NCBI GenBank assembly: GCA_049516875.1
Contig: JBEKSS010000005.1
Location: 32,001-96,000 of the forward strand
Direction: 5' to 3'
Source of the DNA: Candidatus Bathyarchaeia archaeon
Lineage (GTDB): Archaea; Thermoproteota; Bathyarchaeia; Bathyarchaeales; Bathycorpusculaceae
DNA: 64,000 nucleotides
The notes below the pieces were generated by a model, which worked only from the letters and a program-made list of their open reading frames with translations, searched no databases and was not told the DNA's origin. This document shows, piece after piece, positions 39,109 to 50,135 of this stretch. Within the stretch, counting starts at the first letter, position 1; the number at the start of each line of letters is the position of its first letter. A program made the translations under genes and the position numbers.

Positions 39109-39515
39109 GCAAAGCAAATCGCGCTTTCTCTCTGAGTCTTTAGATAAGATTACATCTTGCCACCAACCGAGTTGAAGAGTTTTCAGTGAACGAAGTGGAT
39201 TCCGATTTCGTCCTGTAACTGTGGGTGCATTAGCGTTCTAAATGTCTTCCACCTCCCCCCGACAGGTCAAGTTGCTGGTTGAGCAAACGTTTCCATACAT
39301 ATTCCATATAGTCCCTCTGACCAACATGTCATCATTCAGGACAAGACTTGTGAATAGGTAGCTCTGGTTCGTTTTCTGGGACAGAAAGGTAGGTCTGGTT
39401 TGAGTATACGGATGCAATGATTCGAATGAAACTATTAATTCTTAAGAAAGAAGGTTTAAGAGTGAAATCTTCATGTTTAGCTTTTGAACAAGATGTTGTG
39501 ACGAAGTGGGACACG

Positions 39516-40157
39516 ATGGGAAAAAGGATGCAACGCAGGGGTAGGAACAAGCGAGGCATCGTAGGCATAGAGGCTGCAATTGTGCTCATCGCCTTCGTGG
39601 TGATCGCTGCAGCCCTAGCCTACGTTGTAATAAACATGGGTTTCTACGCGGCTCAAACGGCTAAATCAACAATAGACAAGGGGATTCAAGAAGCCACAAG
39701 CGCCCTCGAACTTGACGGATTTGTTACTGGCAAAACGAACTCATCCAACGCCGCTATTACCTACCTTGTGATTCCATTGAAGCTGGCCGTAGGGCAGGAG
39801 CAGGTCGACTTGGCTGGCAACACAGTGGTTGTTGCGGTGCAAGGACTGAACTTCTCTCTCGCAAACATTTACAGTGGGGCAGCGACCTCGAACGAAACAG
39901 ATCTTGCCAACCTCATGGCAAACGTGACCAACGCACCAAACGCGCGTTGCTTCATCTACAACAGTGAACTTTCCACTGACACCACGCTCAAGCAAAACGC
40001 GAAGGCATACTTGGTCATAAACCTGGGAGACCTATACGGGCTGCCATCGTACAGCAAAGCAAAAGTTGAGGTTAGAACAAGCAAGGGTGCAGCTCTGATG
40101 GTCATGAGAGAGATACCCGGCAGCCTGCCCCCAGACGCAATTGTCGACCTTCGCTAA
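39516..40157 (+). CDS. flaB: Archaellin (archaeal flagellin)
   Basis: Class III signal KRG/IVGIEAAIVLIAFVVIAAALAYV. Confidence 0.88.
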   Translation: MGKRMQRRGRNKRGIVGIEAAIVLIAFVVIAAALAYVVINMGFYAAQTAKSTIDKGIQEATSALELDGFVTGKTNSSNAAITYLVIPLKLAVGQEQVDLAGNTVVVAVQGLNFSLANIYSGAATSNETDLANLMANVTNAPNARCFIYNSELSTDTTLKQNAKAYLVINLGDLYGLPSYSKAKVEVRTSKGAALMVMREIPGSLPPDAIVDLR

Positions 40158-40212
40158 GCAACCAGAATCTACTCTTCCTATTTCCTACCCTGATTAAACG
40201 GGCAAAGTGCTG

Positions 40213-41537
40213 CTAAATTCTGTACTCTTTTCCCTTCTCGACGCGAGTCACTTTTCCTTTGAGGTCTCGCATGAACTTGCCTACCAATTCAGCATTTTCT
40301 GTGTGTATAGGGAAGATTTTCGCTGCGTCAATTTCTTCTAGAGCGCTTTCAGCTGCAGAGGCATTATCTGTCCTGAAACGTGGACGTGGTATTGGGGCAG
40401 GCCGTAATGGTCTAGCGAGTTAGCGAGCTTCTTGAAGTCAATCTCTATTTCTTCATTGAAGCGTTCCGATGCTGACAGCACGTAGCAATGTCTGCTTGCG
40501 GCTGGATTTCGACAAGCTCTTCGAAGTCGTAGAGGGACAAGGCTAAGACCACTTTACACTGTTGCTTCGAAGCTTCGAATACGTCGATGATCTTGTCGGC
40601 GTGTTGTTCTATGATTTGGCTTTCCCATTTGTCGCGTCTTTCCTTCGATTTTCGAAAGATCAGAACATTATCAACATTCAAGTTCGGGACAGTCAAACCT
40701 CTGTCAGCTTGCAGTGCGTTCAGCAGATGGGCTTGCCTAAGTGAAACAGCTAGGCACTGCTTGTTCTTCTTTGCGATTCGAAAGAAACTATTCAACCGGT
40801 CAATATCGGCGTAAGCAAACTCTGCAAGCACAATGCCCCTCCCTCGCTGACGATGCAGTTCAATTTATTTTCGACTTCTTTTTCAGAGGAAATTGAAGCG
40901 CCGGTCATGTTCTTTGCTTCAGTGACTATCGCGGCAGGTTCTGCTTCTTTGGCCTTGACAACGAAATCTCGCGTCATCTGCGGTTTCGCACCGTGGGTTC
41001 GGAAGTCTCCGGTGTACACCACTGTGCCTTGAGAGGTGTTGATTACAAAGCCGTATGCGCCCGGCACGGAGTGGTCTACGTGAATCGGCTCGATCTCCAG
41101 GTTGCCGATTTTCCGTTTTTGTCCCGTCTGAACGATCTGAAGGGGATGTCTTTGACGCGGAACTCGAGGTCGGTTCTGCGTCGCCTAGAGCTTGTGGAAT
41201 GGTTTGTGTTGTTTCGCCGCAGTAGATTGGGATTTGGCGATTTGTGAAAGACAAGTGGGCTGAGTGGTCCAAGTGGCCAAGAGAAACAAACACAGCATCA
41301 TTTCTGGCGGCTTGCTGTCAAACTTGTAGATGCCGTCAAGCTTGGTAAGATTCCAAGTTTTTGCAAGCTTTTCTCACTCTTTGGCGAAAGAAAGGGCGGT
41401 GAGTAGAAAAGTCTCCTCATGCTGAAGGACATGCCGAAATCAAAGGTTTTGGTGTCTCCGTCTTTGAGCAGGATCTTGTTGCCGCCAATCTCGTTCACTC
41501 CGCCATAGAAAGTTAACGTTGTTTCTTGTTTGACCAT
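40213..41537 (-). pseudogene. RNase J-like MBL-fold/beta-CASP hydrolase, multiply frameshifted
   Basis: Fragments in several frames: GGVNEIGGNK..DFG, SLGHLDH, YTGDFRTHG, HVSG, FPIHTE. Confidence 0.85.
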
Positions 41538-41539
41538 GC

Positions 41540-43237
41540 CTATTCCTTCAATTCTTCTACTTTCCTGCAAACGTTCGAGAGAATGAGAATTATGTGTGGG
41601 AAGGTGAACACGCTGAAGACTTTCGTGTATTTCGGGTTGCCGGCGTTCTTGACGGTTTTGAAGTTTCCCCCAGCTTGCAGATAGCCAGTGACGAACGTCT
41701 TTGCCATCAGCTCTATCCGATGCGCATCGGCAAACGGAGAAACATCATGGCCAGCATAATACAGAAATTCGGCGATGTCCCAGGCTCTGTCTCCGTTTCG
41801 GCCCGCTTGCTCCAAGTCGGTGAGGTAAAGCTGATCCTTCCTGTCGACGAGAATGTTCTCTGGCTTCGTATCGCCTAAAGCAACACCCAAGGCATGAACC
41901 TTTGCGAACAAGCTGCCAGTTTTTCCAATGAGGTCCAAGTCTTTCTTTAGTTCACTATCACTCTTTGAATCTGCGATTCTTCTCACTACCTTGCTAAGGT
42001 CTTCACCCACAACGTACTCCATGAAAATCAAACGCTGATTCGGACTCACATACAAGAGCTCTGGCACCGCAAGACCTTTCGAGTGAAGCAATCGGTTTAT
42101 CGCACATTCTCTTTCAAGCCTTGAACTTCCAAGAACGGCAAAAGTTCTAGTCCCAACAGACCACAACGTGAGAGGAAACCATTTGAAGTTGGACCAATCC
42201 CTGAACCTTTTGACAACAACCTTCTTCTCCTTGCCATCAACAATGGTACTGACCAGATAAACATCGTTCAAAATACCGCCGATGCTCGTAACCTTGATTT
42301 GGGCGCCCTTGCCTGCCCTGAGAACCTTCCTAGCAAAGGCTTCAATGTTCACCCTGTTCGCCAATGGCACAAGGCCGCTTGCAGTCTTGACGTACACAAG
42401 GTTCTCCGGGTCTTCGATTAGCAGTTTCGCTCTTGGACCCTCGCTGAGAATCCTTTGAAGGTTGAAGAGTGATTCCTTGTTCTGTGAAAGAGTGTTTATA
42501 ATCTGCGGAAGCATGCCCAGCAAAGAAGCAAACAGCACTCTGTGTCCCGTTTTTAGGAGACTCGTGAATCGAACCTTGCGAGTTCTAGCTTTGTCGACAA
42601 ACTCCTTCGAAATCCTCACGTAGCCCCCTGAAAAGCTGACAGTCTTATCTCTTTCCAGCTTCTCCAAAGCGTCCAAAAACCCGCCCAGACTTTGTTGAAG
42701 GTTCTTCTTCTCCCTGACGAGATTTGATAATGACTCGAGCATTGGTGGGAAAAGCCGGGCCCTGGTGAGCAATGTTTCATACATGAAATACTCTGGCTTT
42801 ATGTAGAACTCATAGGAGAGTTCTGGGAAATCTAAGACGAGGCTTTGCAGAAGTTCAAGAATAACGCGCCTTTTCAGAGTGATTTCTTGAAGGTGCAAAT
42901 ATTCAGCATTAACAATTGTCTTGTATGGAAAAATCAGTCCGCCAGCGAGGGCTTCGCCCAAGAGACCTCTGTCCACATCCCTTTCAAAAACCCATTTGTC
43001 GACTGCCAGAACCACAATGCTGCTTGCGCCTAGGGCCTTGGCGTAATTCATGAGCCTGGGCTGAAAGTCTTCTATGACCAGCAAGACCTGGGCGGCTGTC
43101 CTTGGAGAGGTCAAGCTTGAAGAATAGTCACTGCACAGACACATGGCCGTGATTTGGCAAGAGCCTGCGATGTGTCTGCTGAAGCTCATGATCTCTTGCG
43201 TCAGCTTTTCGTCCTGACGTTTCGAACTTTGAGCCAA
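41540..43237 (-). CDS. Atypical kinase (Bud32/RIO/Kdo-like) with degenerate NTase-like N-terminal region
   Basis: VVVKR, MEYV, GDTKPENI, TDLE. Confidence 0.75.
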   Translation of the reverse strand: MAQSSKRQDEKLTQEIMSFSRHIAGSCQITAMCLCSDYSSSLTSPRTAAQVLLVIEDFQPRLMNYAKALGASSIVVLAVDKWVFERDVDRGLLGEALAGGLIFPYKTIVNAEYLHLQEITLKRRVILELLQSLVLDFPELSYEFYIKPEYFMYETLLTRARLFPPMLESLSNLVREKKNLQQSLGGFLDALEKLERDKTVSFSGGYVRISKEFVDKARTRKVRFTSLLKTGHRVLFASLLGMLPQIINTLSQNKESLFNLQRILSEGPRAKLLIEDPENLVYVKTASGLVPLANRVNIEAFARKVLRAGKGAQIKVTSIGGILNDVYLVSTIVDGKEKKVVVKRFRDWSNFKWFPLTLWSVGTRTFAVLGSSRLERECAINRLLHSKGLAVPELLYVSPNQRLIFMEYVVGEDLSKVVRRIADSKSDSELKKDLDLIGKTGSLFAKVHALGVALGDTKPENILVDRKDQLYLTDLEQAGRNGDRAWDIAEFLYYAGHDVSPFADAHRIELMAKTFVTGYLQAGGNFKTVKNAGNPKYTKVFSVFTFPHIILILSNVCRKVEELKE

Positions 43238-43340
43238 TGTCCCACCTGAAAGAAGCGACCTAGGATAGAATCAATCCGTCTGCGAAATATAGTTAATGCT
43301 TTACGGCAATGCTAGCCAACGGTTTGAGACTCTGAGAACG

Positions 43341-44153
43341 CTATTTGCGTTCGATTATTTTGATGTAAGCAAATGCTGCGCTGAAAGTGAAGACCGCTGA
43401 AAAGACAACGACACTCAGGATTGAGTAGTAGGAGAACGGTGGGGAACCCAGTAGGAAAGAGCGGATAGTGTCTGATGTGCTGCTCAAGGGGTTGATTTCG
43501 GCGAATGTTACCAACACGGCTGGGAACTTGCCCTCGCTCCCAAGTTGCTGTATCAGCGAAAGCGGATAGAAGACGCTGCTGCAGAAGAACAGCGTATAAT
43601 AGACTAGGCCTCTCGCTGTGATAAATTTCTCGAGGCTTGAGGTTGAAACCGCGATGGCGATGCTTAGACCTGAGATGCCGATGGCTGTAAGAAACAGGAG
43701 TCCTAGGATTACAAAGAACTGTGGCACTGTTGGCAGGCCGAGAAAGACAAAGCAGGTCGCCAGTAGGGGTGACATGTAAACCATGCCGCGCAATCCTCCT
43801 GAGAGCACGCGTCCGACAGCTAATTCCATCCGTGTCATGGGCACGGAGAGCATGTAATGGTGAACTTCTCTTCGACGTTCCATGTTTATTTCGCGTCCTA
43901 TCATGAAAGCCGAGGCGAACAAACCGGTAACGACGAGACCCGGGGCGAAGAAGCTGAAATAGTTTTTTATGTCCAAGTTTGGGTTCAGCACTTTGTTATA
44001 AACGACGGCCGTGATGAACAAGTCGGCGAGGTTCATCGTGATTAGGCCCACCAGCCACATTTTGTAGCGCAGAAAATTCCTGAAGTCATGCTCTACAACA
44101 TGAAAGACTTGCCTCAAATCACTGCCAACCCCCACCCTCAATGCGTCTGTCAT
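43341..44153 (-). CDS. ABC-2 type permease
   Basis: Six TMs, FYP, NPL. Confidence 0.85.
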   Translation of the reverse strand: MTDALRVGVGSDLRQVFHVVEHDFRNFLRYKMWLVGLITMNLADLFITAVVYNKVLNPNLDIKNYFSFFAPGLVVTGLFASAFMIGREINMERRREVHHYMLSVPMTRMELAVGRVLSGGLRGMVYMSPLLATCFVFLGLPTVPQFFVILGLLFLTAIGISGLSIAIAVSTSSLEKFITARGLVYYTLFFCSSVFYPLSLIQQLGSEGKFPAVLVTFAEINPLSSTSDTIRSFLLGSPPFSYYSILSVVVFSAVFTFSAAFAYIKIIERK

Positions 44154-45159
44154 AGATTGTCACGCCTACGAAAGTGAAAAACCCGAAGAACGCGACTACG
44201 ACAAGTACTGGCAAAAGCGGGTTGTCTAAAGTCGTGACAGCTGCTCCCCAGCGGAAAAGATCCGTGACATACGTGAGCGGATTCAAACTGGCCAGGCCAG
44301 CGTACAACGGGCTTGAAGCTTGCAGGACTACCAACGGGTACATTGCCGTGCTCAGGCGTACGATTAATGCGTCCAAAACGCCCATCAATATGTCAAAACG
44401 GTCGCTGGATTTTATTATCACCGCCAGCGTTATACTCATTCCCGACACTCCAAAGGCGAACAGAAAAAGCGCGAACAGAGAGATCAAGAAGGCAATCGGG
44501 TTCAAGGAGCCAATGACGTATAACGACACGGCTATCAACGGTCCAACATAGATGAATGCCCTCAGCCCTCCGCCTATAGATCGACCTAAGACCAGTTGCC
44601 TCCTTGACACGGGCAGACTGAGAAGATACTCAAAGACTCCATGTTCTGCCTCTTCGTAAAGGTCAAATCCGATGAATATGGCAGCCGAGTAAAGAGTCAT
44701 AACTGACAGGCCTGCTACGTAATAGCGAAAATAGTCAAGGAGCGAAACGACGTTGATCGAATAGTCATCTGCGATGTTACTGGACGAGAACTTTACAGAC
44801 CACAAGCCAACGTCAGGACTGCTGAAGGCGAGCCCTAAACTGTAACTGCCTACTGATGAGTTGAAATATTGACTCTGTGATAATGTGCCGTTTGGATAGT
44901 ACACTTGAACCTCGCCGAATCCTTGCGCTGATGACACGTTGATAAGCATAGAGCCTGCACTGCTCGTGGAATTGACTTGGAACAAGTATGTCTGGTAGGG
45001 TTCGAGATGCGTTGAACCTGTTGCCAGCGTTTGCGTAGGAATGTTGATCATACGCGAGGCAATCAGTCCGAAGAGCGCTATTTGGGAGACAAACCAGATG
45101 GCTCGCATGATTATCATGAACTTGTACTGGAAAAAAAGGCGTACGTCCCTTTCAATCAC
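44119..45159 (-). CDS. ABC-2 type permease with extracellular insert
   Basis: TM pattern, MYP, NPLTY; PPC-like beta insert. Confidence 0.85.
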   Translation of the reverse strand: MIERDVRLFFQYKFMIIMRAIWFVSQIALFGLIASRMINIPTQTLATGSTHLEPYQTYLFQVNSTSSAGSMLINVSSAQGFGEVQVYYPNGTLSQSQYFNSSVGSYSLGLAFSSPDVGLWSVKFSSSNIADDYSINVVSLLDYFRYYVAGLSVMTLYSAAIFIGFDLYEEAEHGVFEYLLSLPVSRRQLVLGRSIGGGLRAFIYVGPLIAVSLYVIGSLNPIAFLISLFALFLFAFGVSGMSITLAVIIKSSDRFDILMGVLDALIVRLSTAMYPLVVLQASSPLYAGLASLNPLTYVTDLFRWGAAVTTLDNPLLPVLVVVAFFGFFTFVGVTIYDRRIEGGGWQ

Positions 45160-45184
45160 TAACAGTAGATTGTTCGTGGACGGC

Positions 45185-46159
45185 TCACTCCTTGTCCTTC
45201 TGTGCTTCTTCGATGGTCAAGCCCGTGTAGTGTGCAAACACGTCGTCAAGGCTGGGTTCACTCATGCGAAAAGACAGTATCGGCACCTCCTGCTTGGCGA
45301 ACATGTTCATTATTCTTGGAACAACCTCTTCAACCCGGTTCAGGTAAAGGCGCAGGTTTGAGGGCTTGACCTGCAGAACGTCCACAACTTCCTTGAGACC
45401 CTTGAGCTCCTCAACAACTCTTGCAGGAGCGGCCTTCTCGAGTTGAACGTCAACGATGTCACCTCCCACAATGCTGTCCTTGAGCTTCTTGGGTGTGTCA
45501 CACACGAGTAGCTTGCCCTTGTGCAATATTCCAACTCTGTCTGAGAGTTTGTCAGCCTCGTAGAGCTCGTTCGTCGCCAGAATGATGGTGCTTCCCTCGT
45601 CTCGGAGTTCAAAGAGCATGTTCCAAATCCTGTGTTTGCCGACGATGTCGATTTGGGCTGTGGGTTCGTCGACGATGGCTACTTTAGGCCTCTGAATCAG
45701 AACCTTCGCCATCTCCACCCTTTTACGCATGCCACCTGAAAGCGCATGAACGTTCTTTTTGCGGGCATCCCACATGTCCATCGCGTCGAGCACCTCCTTC
45801 ACCCTTCGCTTCCGCTCTGCTGTAGACAAGCCGCAAACCTTGGCATGCCAGTTAACGATGTCCCAGGGCGTGCTAACCCACAGCATCTTGGGCTCTTGGA
45901 AAGCTATGCCCAGCAGTCCACGCACTTTTTCGGGTTGTTTTCGTATGTCATACTCGCCTACGCAGGCTGTGCCTTCTGTGGGTTTGATGACCGTGGCGAG
46001 CATCAGAATAGCGGTGGTTTTGCCCGCGCCGTTTGGCCCCAGAAGCCCTAGGATTTCGCCGTCTTCTATGTCCAAGTTTAGATGATCAACTGCTGTGGCA
46101 TTTCCAAATTTTTTTGTAAGATTTTGAATTCGAATTATAGGCGGCACTTCTTGCACCAA
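45185..46159 (-). CDS. ABC exporter ATPase (DrrA-like)
   Basis: GPNGAGKTT, LSGGMRKR, PSLDDVF. Confidence 0.9.
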   Translation of the reverse strand: MVQEVPPIIRIQNLTKKFGNATAVDHLNLDIEDGEILGLLGPNGAGKTTAILMLATVIKPTEGTACVGEYDIRKQPEKVRGLLGIAFQEPKMLWVSTPWDIVNWHAKVCGLSTAERKRRVKEVLDAMDMWDARKKNVHALSGGMRKRVEMAKVLIQRPKVAIVDEPTAQIDIVGKHRIWNMLFELRDEGSTIILATNELYEADKLSDRVGILHKGKLLVCDTPKKLKDSIVGGDIVDVQLEKAAPARVVEELKGLKEVVDVLQVKPSNLRLYLNRVEEVVPRIMNMFAKQEVPILSFRMSEPSLDDVFAHYTGLTIEEAQKDKE

Positions 46160-46217
46160 ATGAAGGAACGTATAACGAGAATCTAACTAATTAAGATGTT
46201 TCAGCCTAACAAACGGG

Positions 46218-46805
46218 TCATTCCACCACATATCTGAAAGATATGTGTTCGCCGGCCGTCAGGCTCTTCCTGATCACGCGCAGTATGTCGCCTGGCTTAG
46301 CGCCTATGGCTTTGACACATGGGTCCAAAGAGCTTATTTGCGGCAGTTGGTACGCGTGGACCTTGTACCGTGCGAGCAACTGTTCTTTCTCTTCTTCCGG
46401 CAGGATTTCATGTTTTGGAACAAGTTTGTGTTGGAACAAGTCGAAGGCTGGGAATGTTTTGGGCAAAAGCTCTATCTTTTTCTTCTTTGCACCAAGCTTG
46501 ACCGCATGCGTATATCTTCCATCTGTAACTATTATCCCTCTTTCCACTTCAGCGTCCTTCATCGCTTTTGTGGCGCGGTTTATGCTGTTTATGCCCACTG
46601 TTGTTTCGCCCGGGACGCACCATATGAGCGCTTTTTCCTTCTCCTTCGGCATGTTAACGACGTAGCCTATTGCATCTTCATGTTTCTGTTTCTCAATCAG
46701 TTTGTAACCTCTGAGTTTAATCAGGGTTTCAGCTTTCCGTTCTTCCAAAGTGACTTCTTTCTTGCTCAAACTTACCCGTCCCGGAAACATTCGAAACCTA
46801 AACAA
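46218..46805 (-). CDS. rpoH: RNA polymerase subunit Rpo5 with N-terminal restriction-endonuclease-like (jaw) domain
   Basis: HKLVPKHEIL...LPQI...DP...GD...R.S..AG...R.V, plus a ~115-aa N-terminal domain. Confidence 0.9.
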   Translation of the reverse strand: MFRFRMFPGRVSLSKKEVTLEERKAETLIKLRGYKLIEKQKHEDAIGYVVNMPKEKEKALIWCVPGETTVGINSINRATKAMKDAEVERGIIVTDGRYTHAVKLGAKKKKIELLPKTFPAFDLFQHKLVPKHEILPEEEKEQLLARYKVHAYQLPQISSLDPCVKAIGAKPGDILRVIRKSLTAGEHISFRYVVE

Positions 46806-46865
46806 CGCATTAACCCTTAAACCTTACGCTCTCGTCCTCTGAAAGCGTTACAACCGCAAATCTGT

Positions 46866-47543
46866 TTAGACGCGAAGTGTCACGGTCTCGGCATACTTTT
46901 TCATGCTTTCAGCAAAGCCTGCGATACTCACCGGTGAGTAGGGTTTAAGAGAGGTGAACGCCTTGTCCAAGGTGTCGCCTGGCACGAATTGTTGCAGGAC
47001 AAAGTTTTTTGCACCCTTGACAAGCTCGCCTATCCCAACGATGTCTTCTTCGCCGACAAAACCCGGCACAACAGTCGTTCTGAACTCGCACTCGACTTTT
47101 CCAGTCTTCAGAATCTCGATCGTACGCACGAGCTCCGCTGTGTCTTTCGCTCCCAAACGTACATATTTTCCAAGACTGGTTTTCACGTCCAGTGCCACGT
47201 AGTCTACGTAGGGCAAGCACTCTTCTAACGCCCATGAGTTAAGGCCATTTGTGTCAAGTTTGACTGAGAAGCTTCTTTCCTTTAGCCTCTTCAAAAACTT
47301 CGGCAGTTCCCTGTGAACGGTGGGCTCTCCACCTGTGACGACAACAGCATCCACAAACCTCCTGCGTTCCTCCAGAATCTTAAGAGCCGTTTCGTCGTTC
47401 AAAAACGGAGGCTTGGGGTCGACGACTATCCTCCAGTTGTGACAGTATGGACAGCGCAGGTTACAGCCAGGAGTGAACAGAACTGAGGCCACACGATTTG
47501 GGAAGTCAACCAAGCTTGTCTTTTGAATGCCGCTGAACTTCAT
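46866..47543 (-). CDS. nrdG: Anaerobic RNR activating radical SAM enzyme
   Basis: GCNLRCPYCHN, TGGEP, DTNG. Confidence 0.92.
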   Translation of the reverse strand: MKFSGIQKTSLVDFPNRVASVLFTPGCNLRCPYCHNWRIVVDPKPPFLNDETALKILEERRRFVDAVVVTGGEPTVHRELPKFLKRLKERSFSVKLDTNGLNSWALEECLPYVDYVALDVKTSLGKYVRLGAKDTAELVRTIEILKTGKVECEFRTTVVPGFVGEEDIVGIGELVKGAKNFVLQQFVPGDTLDKAFTSLKPYSPVSIAGFAESMKKYAETVTLRV

Positions 47544-47554
47544 GGACTTTTCAC

Positions 47555-49672
47555 TCAAGCGGCCACTGCCTGCATGACTACCGACTTGTCGAAGGTTCTG
47601 CGAATAGCAAACTCTGCCTGCTTGCCGTCGTTCCATTGGTCAACTGGTCTCAGGTAGCCCACCACCCTCGAGTAGACCTCGCATTTTGCTCCACACGTTG
47701 GGCATTGCTTGTGTTCTCCGTTTATGTATCCGTGCGTCGGGCATATGCTGAAGGTAGGCGTTAGGGTGAAGTAGGGCAGGTGTGTGCTCCACGCAACCTT
47801 CTTGACGAGTTCGACAGTAGACTTCCACGAATAGAGTCTTTCTCCAAGAAAAATGTGGAAGACTGTTCCGCCTGTGTAGAGTGTCTGCAGCTTGTCTTGA
47901 TGCTGCAAAGCCTCAAACAGGTCGCCCTCGTAGTCCACGGGTAACTGTGAAGAGTTGGTGTAGAAAGGTTCTGCTCCGTTTGCCACGTTTCTCTGGTTAG
48001 CCGCAATCATCTCCGGATGCTTCTTCCTGTCAATGCGTGCAAGCCTATAGCTCGTTCCCTCCGCTGGTGTCGCCTCAAGATTGTAGATGTTGCCCGTTTG
48101 TTGCTGATAGTCCGACAGCTTTTCACGCATGAACGTCAGCACTCTGATGGCGAACTCTGTTCCATCGGTTGAGGCAATGTTAACGCCGAACAGGTTTAGG
48201 ACAGCTTCATTCATCCCTACGATACCTATGGTTGAAAAATGGTTCTTCCAGAAACGGTCAAAACCCTCTTTGACGTTTCGCAGATAACGTTTAGAGTACG
48301 GATACAACCCGTTCTCGGTAAACGTTTCCAACACCTTGCGTTTTATCTCTAAGCTGTCACGGGCTATCTCCATAAGCGCTTCTAACCGCTCGAAGAACTC
48401 ATCTTCATCCTTTGCCAGATAGCCTATCCTGGGCATGTTCAGGGTCACGACACCTATAGATCCCGTCAGTGGGTTTGCCCCGAAGAAGCCGCCTCCTCTC
48501 TTGCGTAGTTCCCGATTATCTATCCTCAAGCGACAGCACATACTTCGAACGTCCTCAGGTTTCATGTCGCTGTTGATGAAGTTGGAAAAGTAGGGTACAC
48601 CGTACTTGGCGGTGACTTCAAAGATTTTCTGGCACGCAGGCGTGTTCCAATCAAAACTCTTCGTAATGCAGTACGTGGGTATCGGAAACGTGAATACTCT
48701 GCCCTTCGAGTCACCTTGGCTCATCACCTCTGCAAATGCCGAGTTGAACATGTCCATCTCTGCCTGCAGGTCACCGTACGCTGCGTCCATGGTTTTTCCG
48801 CCCATCATTACTGCTTCATTCTTCATAAAGTCCGGAACCGTCAAATCCAACGTCACGTTGGTGAAGGGTGTTTGAAAGCCGACCCGAGTGGGAACGTTCA
48901 TGTTAAAGAAGAACTCTTGCAGCCCCTGCTCAACCTCTCTTTGACTCAGCCCGTCATAATGTATGAACGGCGCCAGGTAAGTGTCAAAAGTGCTGAACGC
49001 TTGGGCTCCAGCAGCTTCGCCCTGAAGAGTGTAGAAGAAGTTGACAATCTGTCCTAGGGCTGTTCTGAAGTGTTTTGCAGGCTTGCTTTCAATTTTTCCC
49101 GAAACGCCTCCAAACCCTGACGTGAGCAGCTCTCTCAGGTCCCAGCCCACGCAGTAAGCTCCTAGGACGCCGAGGTCGTGGATGTGCATATCCCCGGAAA
49201 AATGGGCCTCGGCTATGAGCGGCGGGTAAATCCTGCTGATCCAGTACTTGGCTATAACGGTGGACGAGAGATAGTTGTTCAAGCCTTGCAGGGAGTAACT
49301 CATATTGGAATTCTCCCGCACACGCCAATCCTCAATCTCTAAATACTGATCCACAAGGTCTGCATCGCTTAGGAGTGCAGCCAGCTCTCTTTGATCCTGG
49401 TGTTGCTTCCTGTAAAGAATGTAAGCCTTGGCGGTTCTCGCGTGGCCGTTCTCTATGAGCATGTTTTCAACTAGATCCTGAATCTCTTCCACCGTTGGAA
49501 CGCCATCGTCTCCAAAACGGTTCTTGAGTTCGGCCAAAACCTGATCGCTTATTCTCCTAGCTTGTTCACGGTCTTTCCCGCCTACGGCTTTGGCGGCTTT
49601 CCAAATTGCGTTTGTTATTCGGTCCTGATCAAACGGTTCTAATCTTCCATCACGTTTTCTGACGGACTTCAT
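47555..49672 (-). CDS. nrdD: Class III anaerobic ribonucleoside-triphosphate reductase
   Basis: ATP cone, SMCCRL, Zn site, glycyl loop YSRVVGYL. Confidence 0.95.
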   Translation of the reverse strand: MKSVRKRDGRLEPFDQDRITNAIWKAAKAVGGKDREQARRISDQVLAELKNRFGDDGVPTVEEIQDLVENMLIENGHARTAKAYILYRKQHQDQRELAALLSDADLVDQYLEIEDWRVRENSNMSYSLQGLNNYLSSTVIAKYWISRIYPPLIAEAHFSGDMHIHDLGVLGAYCVGWDLRELLTSGFGGVSGKIESKPAKHFRTALGQIVNFFYTLQGEAAGAQAFSTFDTYLAPFIHYDGLSQREVEQGLQEFFFNMNVPTRVGFQTPFTNVTLDLTVPDFMKNEAVMMGGKTMDAAYGDLQAEMDMFNSAFAEVMSQGDSKGRVFTFPIPTYCITKSFDWNTPACQKIFEVTAKYGVPYFSNFINSDMKPEDVRSMCCRLRIDNRELRKRGGGFFGANPLTGSIGVVTLNMPRIGYLAKDEDEFFERLEALMEIARDSLEIKRKVLETFTENGLYPYSKRYLRNVKEGFDRFWKNHFSTIGIVGMNEAVLNLFGVNIASTDGTEFAIRVLTFMREKLSDYQQQTGNIYNLEATPAEGTSYRLARIDRKKHPEMIAANQRNVANGAEPFYTNSSQLPVDYEGDLFEALQHQDKLQTLYTGGTVFHIFLGERLYSWKSTVELVKKVAWSTHLPYFTLTPTFSICPTHGYINGEHKQCPTCGAKCEVYSRVVGYLRPVDQWNDGKQAEFAIRRTFDKSVVMQAVAA

Positions 49673-50118
49673 GTTTTTACCTCTTTAATTAATCTCTGAA
49701 AATCTTCAGGTTCCTCGAATTCCCTGTAGACCGAGGCGAACCTAATGTAAGCCAATCTGTCAAGTTTTTTCAGATATTTCATGACTAGATCCCCTATTTC
49801 CCGGGAACTGACTTCCTCTTTTCCAAGAGCCATCAAGTCTTGTCTGACGTGCTCCGCCAATTCGCGGATTTGGTCCATCGTCACGGGTCTTTTTTCGCAG
49901 GCTTTTTGCAGACCTCTAATGATCTTGTTGAGGTCAAAGCGTTCAGGCCTACCGTCTTTCTTCTTCACCATCAACTCCACGGTTTCCACGTACTCGTATG
50001 AGGTGAAGCGCTTTCCACAATCTTCGCATTCCTTGCGTCTCCTAACGGTGTTGTCGGGCGAATCCCTGGTTTCAAGAGTTTTGAGGCTCTCAGACCCGCA
50101 ATATGGACACTTCATCAT
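49669..50118 (-). CDS. nrdR: Transcriptional repressor NrdR
   Basis: MKCPYCG...RRRKECEDCGKRFTSYE, ATP cone, AYIRFASVYR. Confidence 0.95.
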   Translation of the reverse strand: MMKCPYCGSESLKTLETRDSPDNTVRRRKECEDCGKRFTSYEYVETVELMVKKKDGRPERFDLNKIIRGLQKACEKRPVTMDQIRELAEHVRQDLMALGKEEVSSREIGDLVMKYLKKLDRLAYIRFASVYREFEEPEDFQRLIKEVKT

Positions 50119-50135
50119 GATCACGACCGTGCGCT

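Noticed and set aside
40213-41537. Programmed frameshifting in the MBL hydrolase
   Set aside because: Many lesions plus degenerate metal ligands indicate decay or sequencing error.
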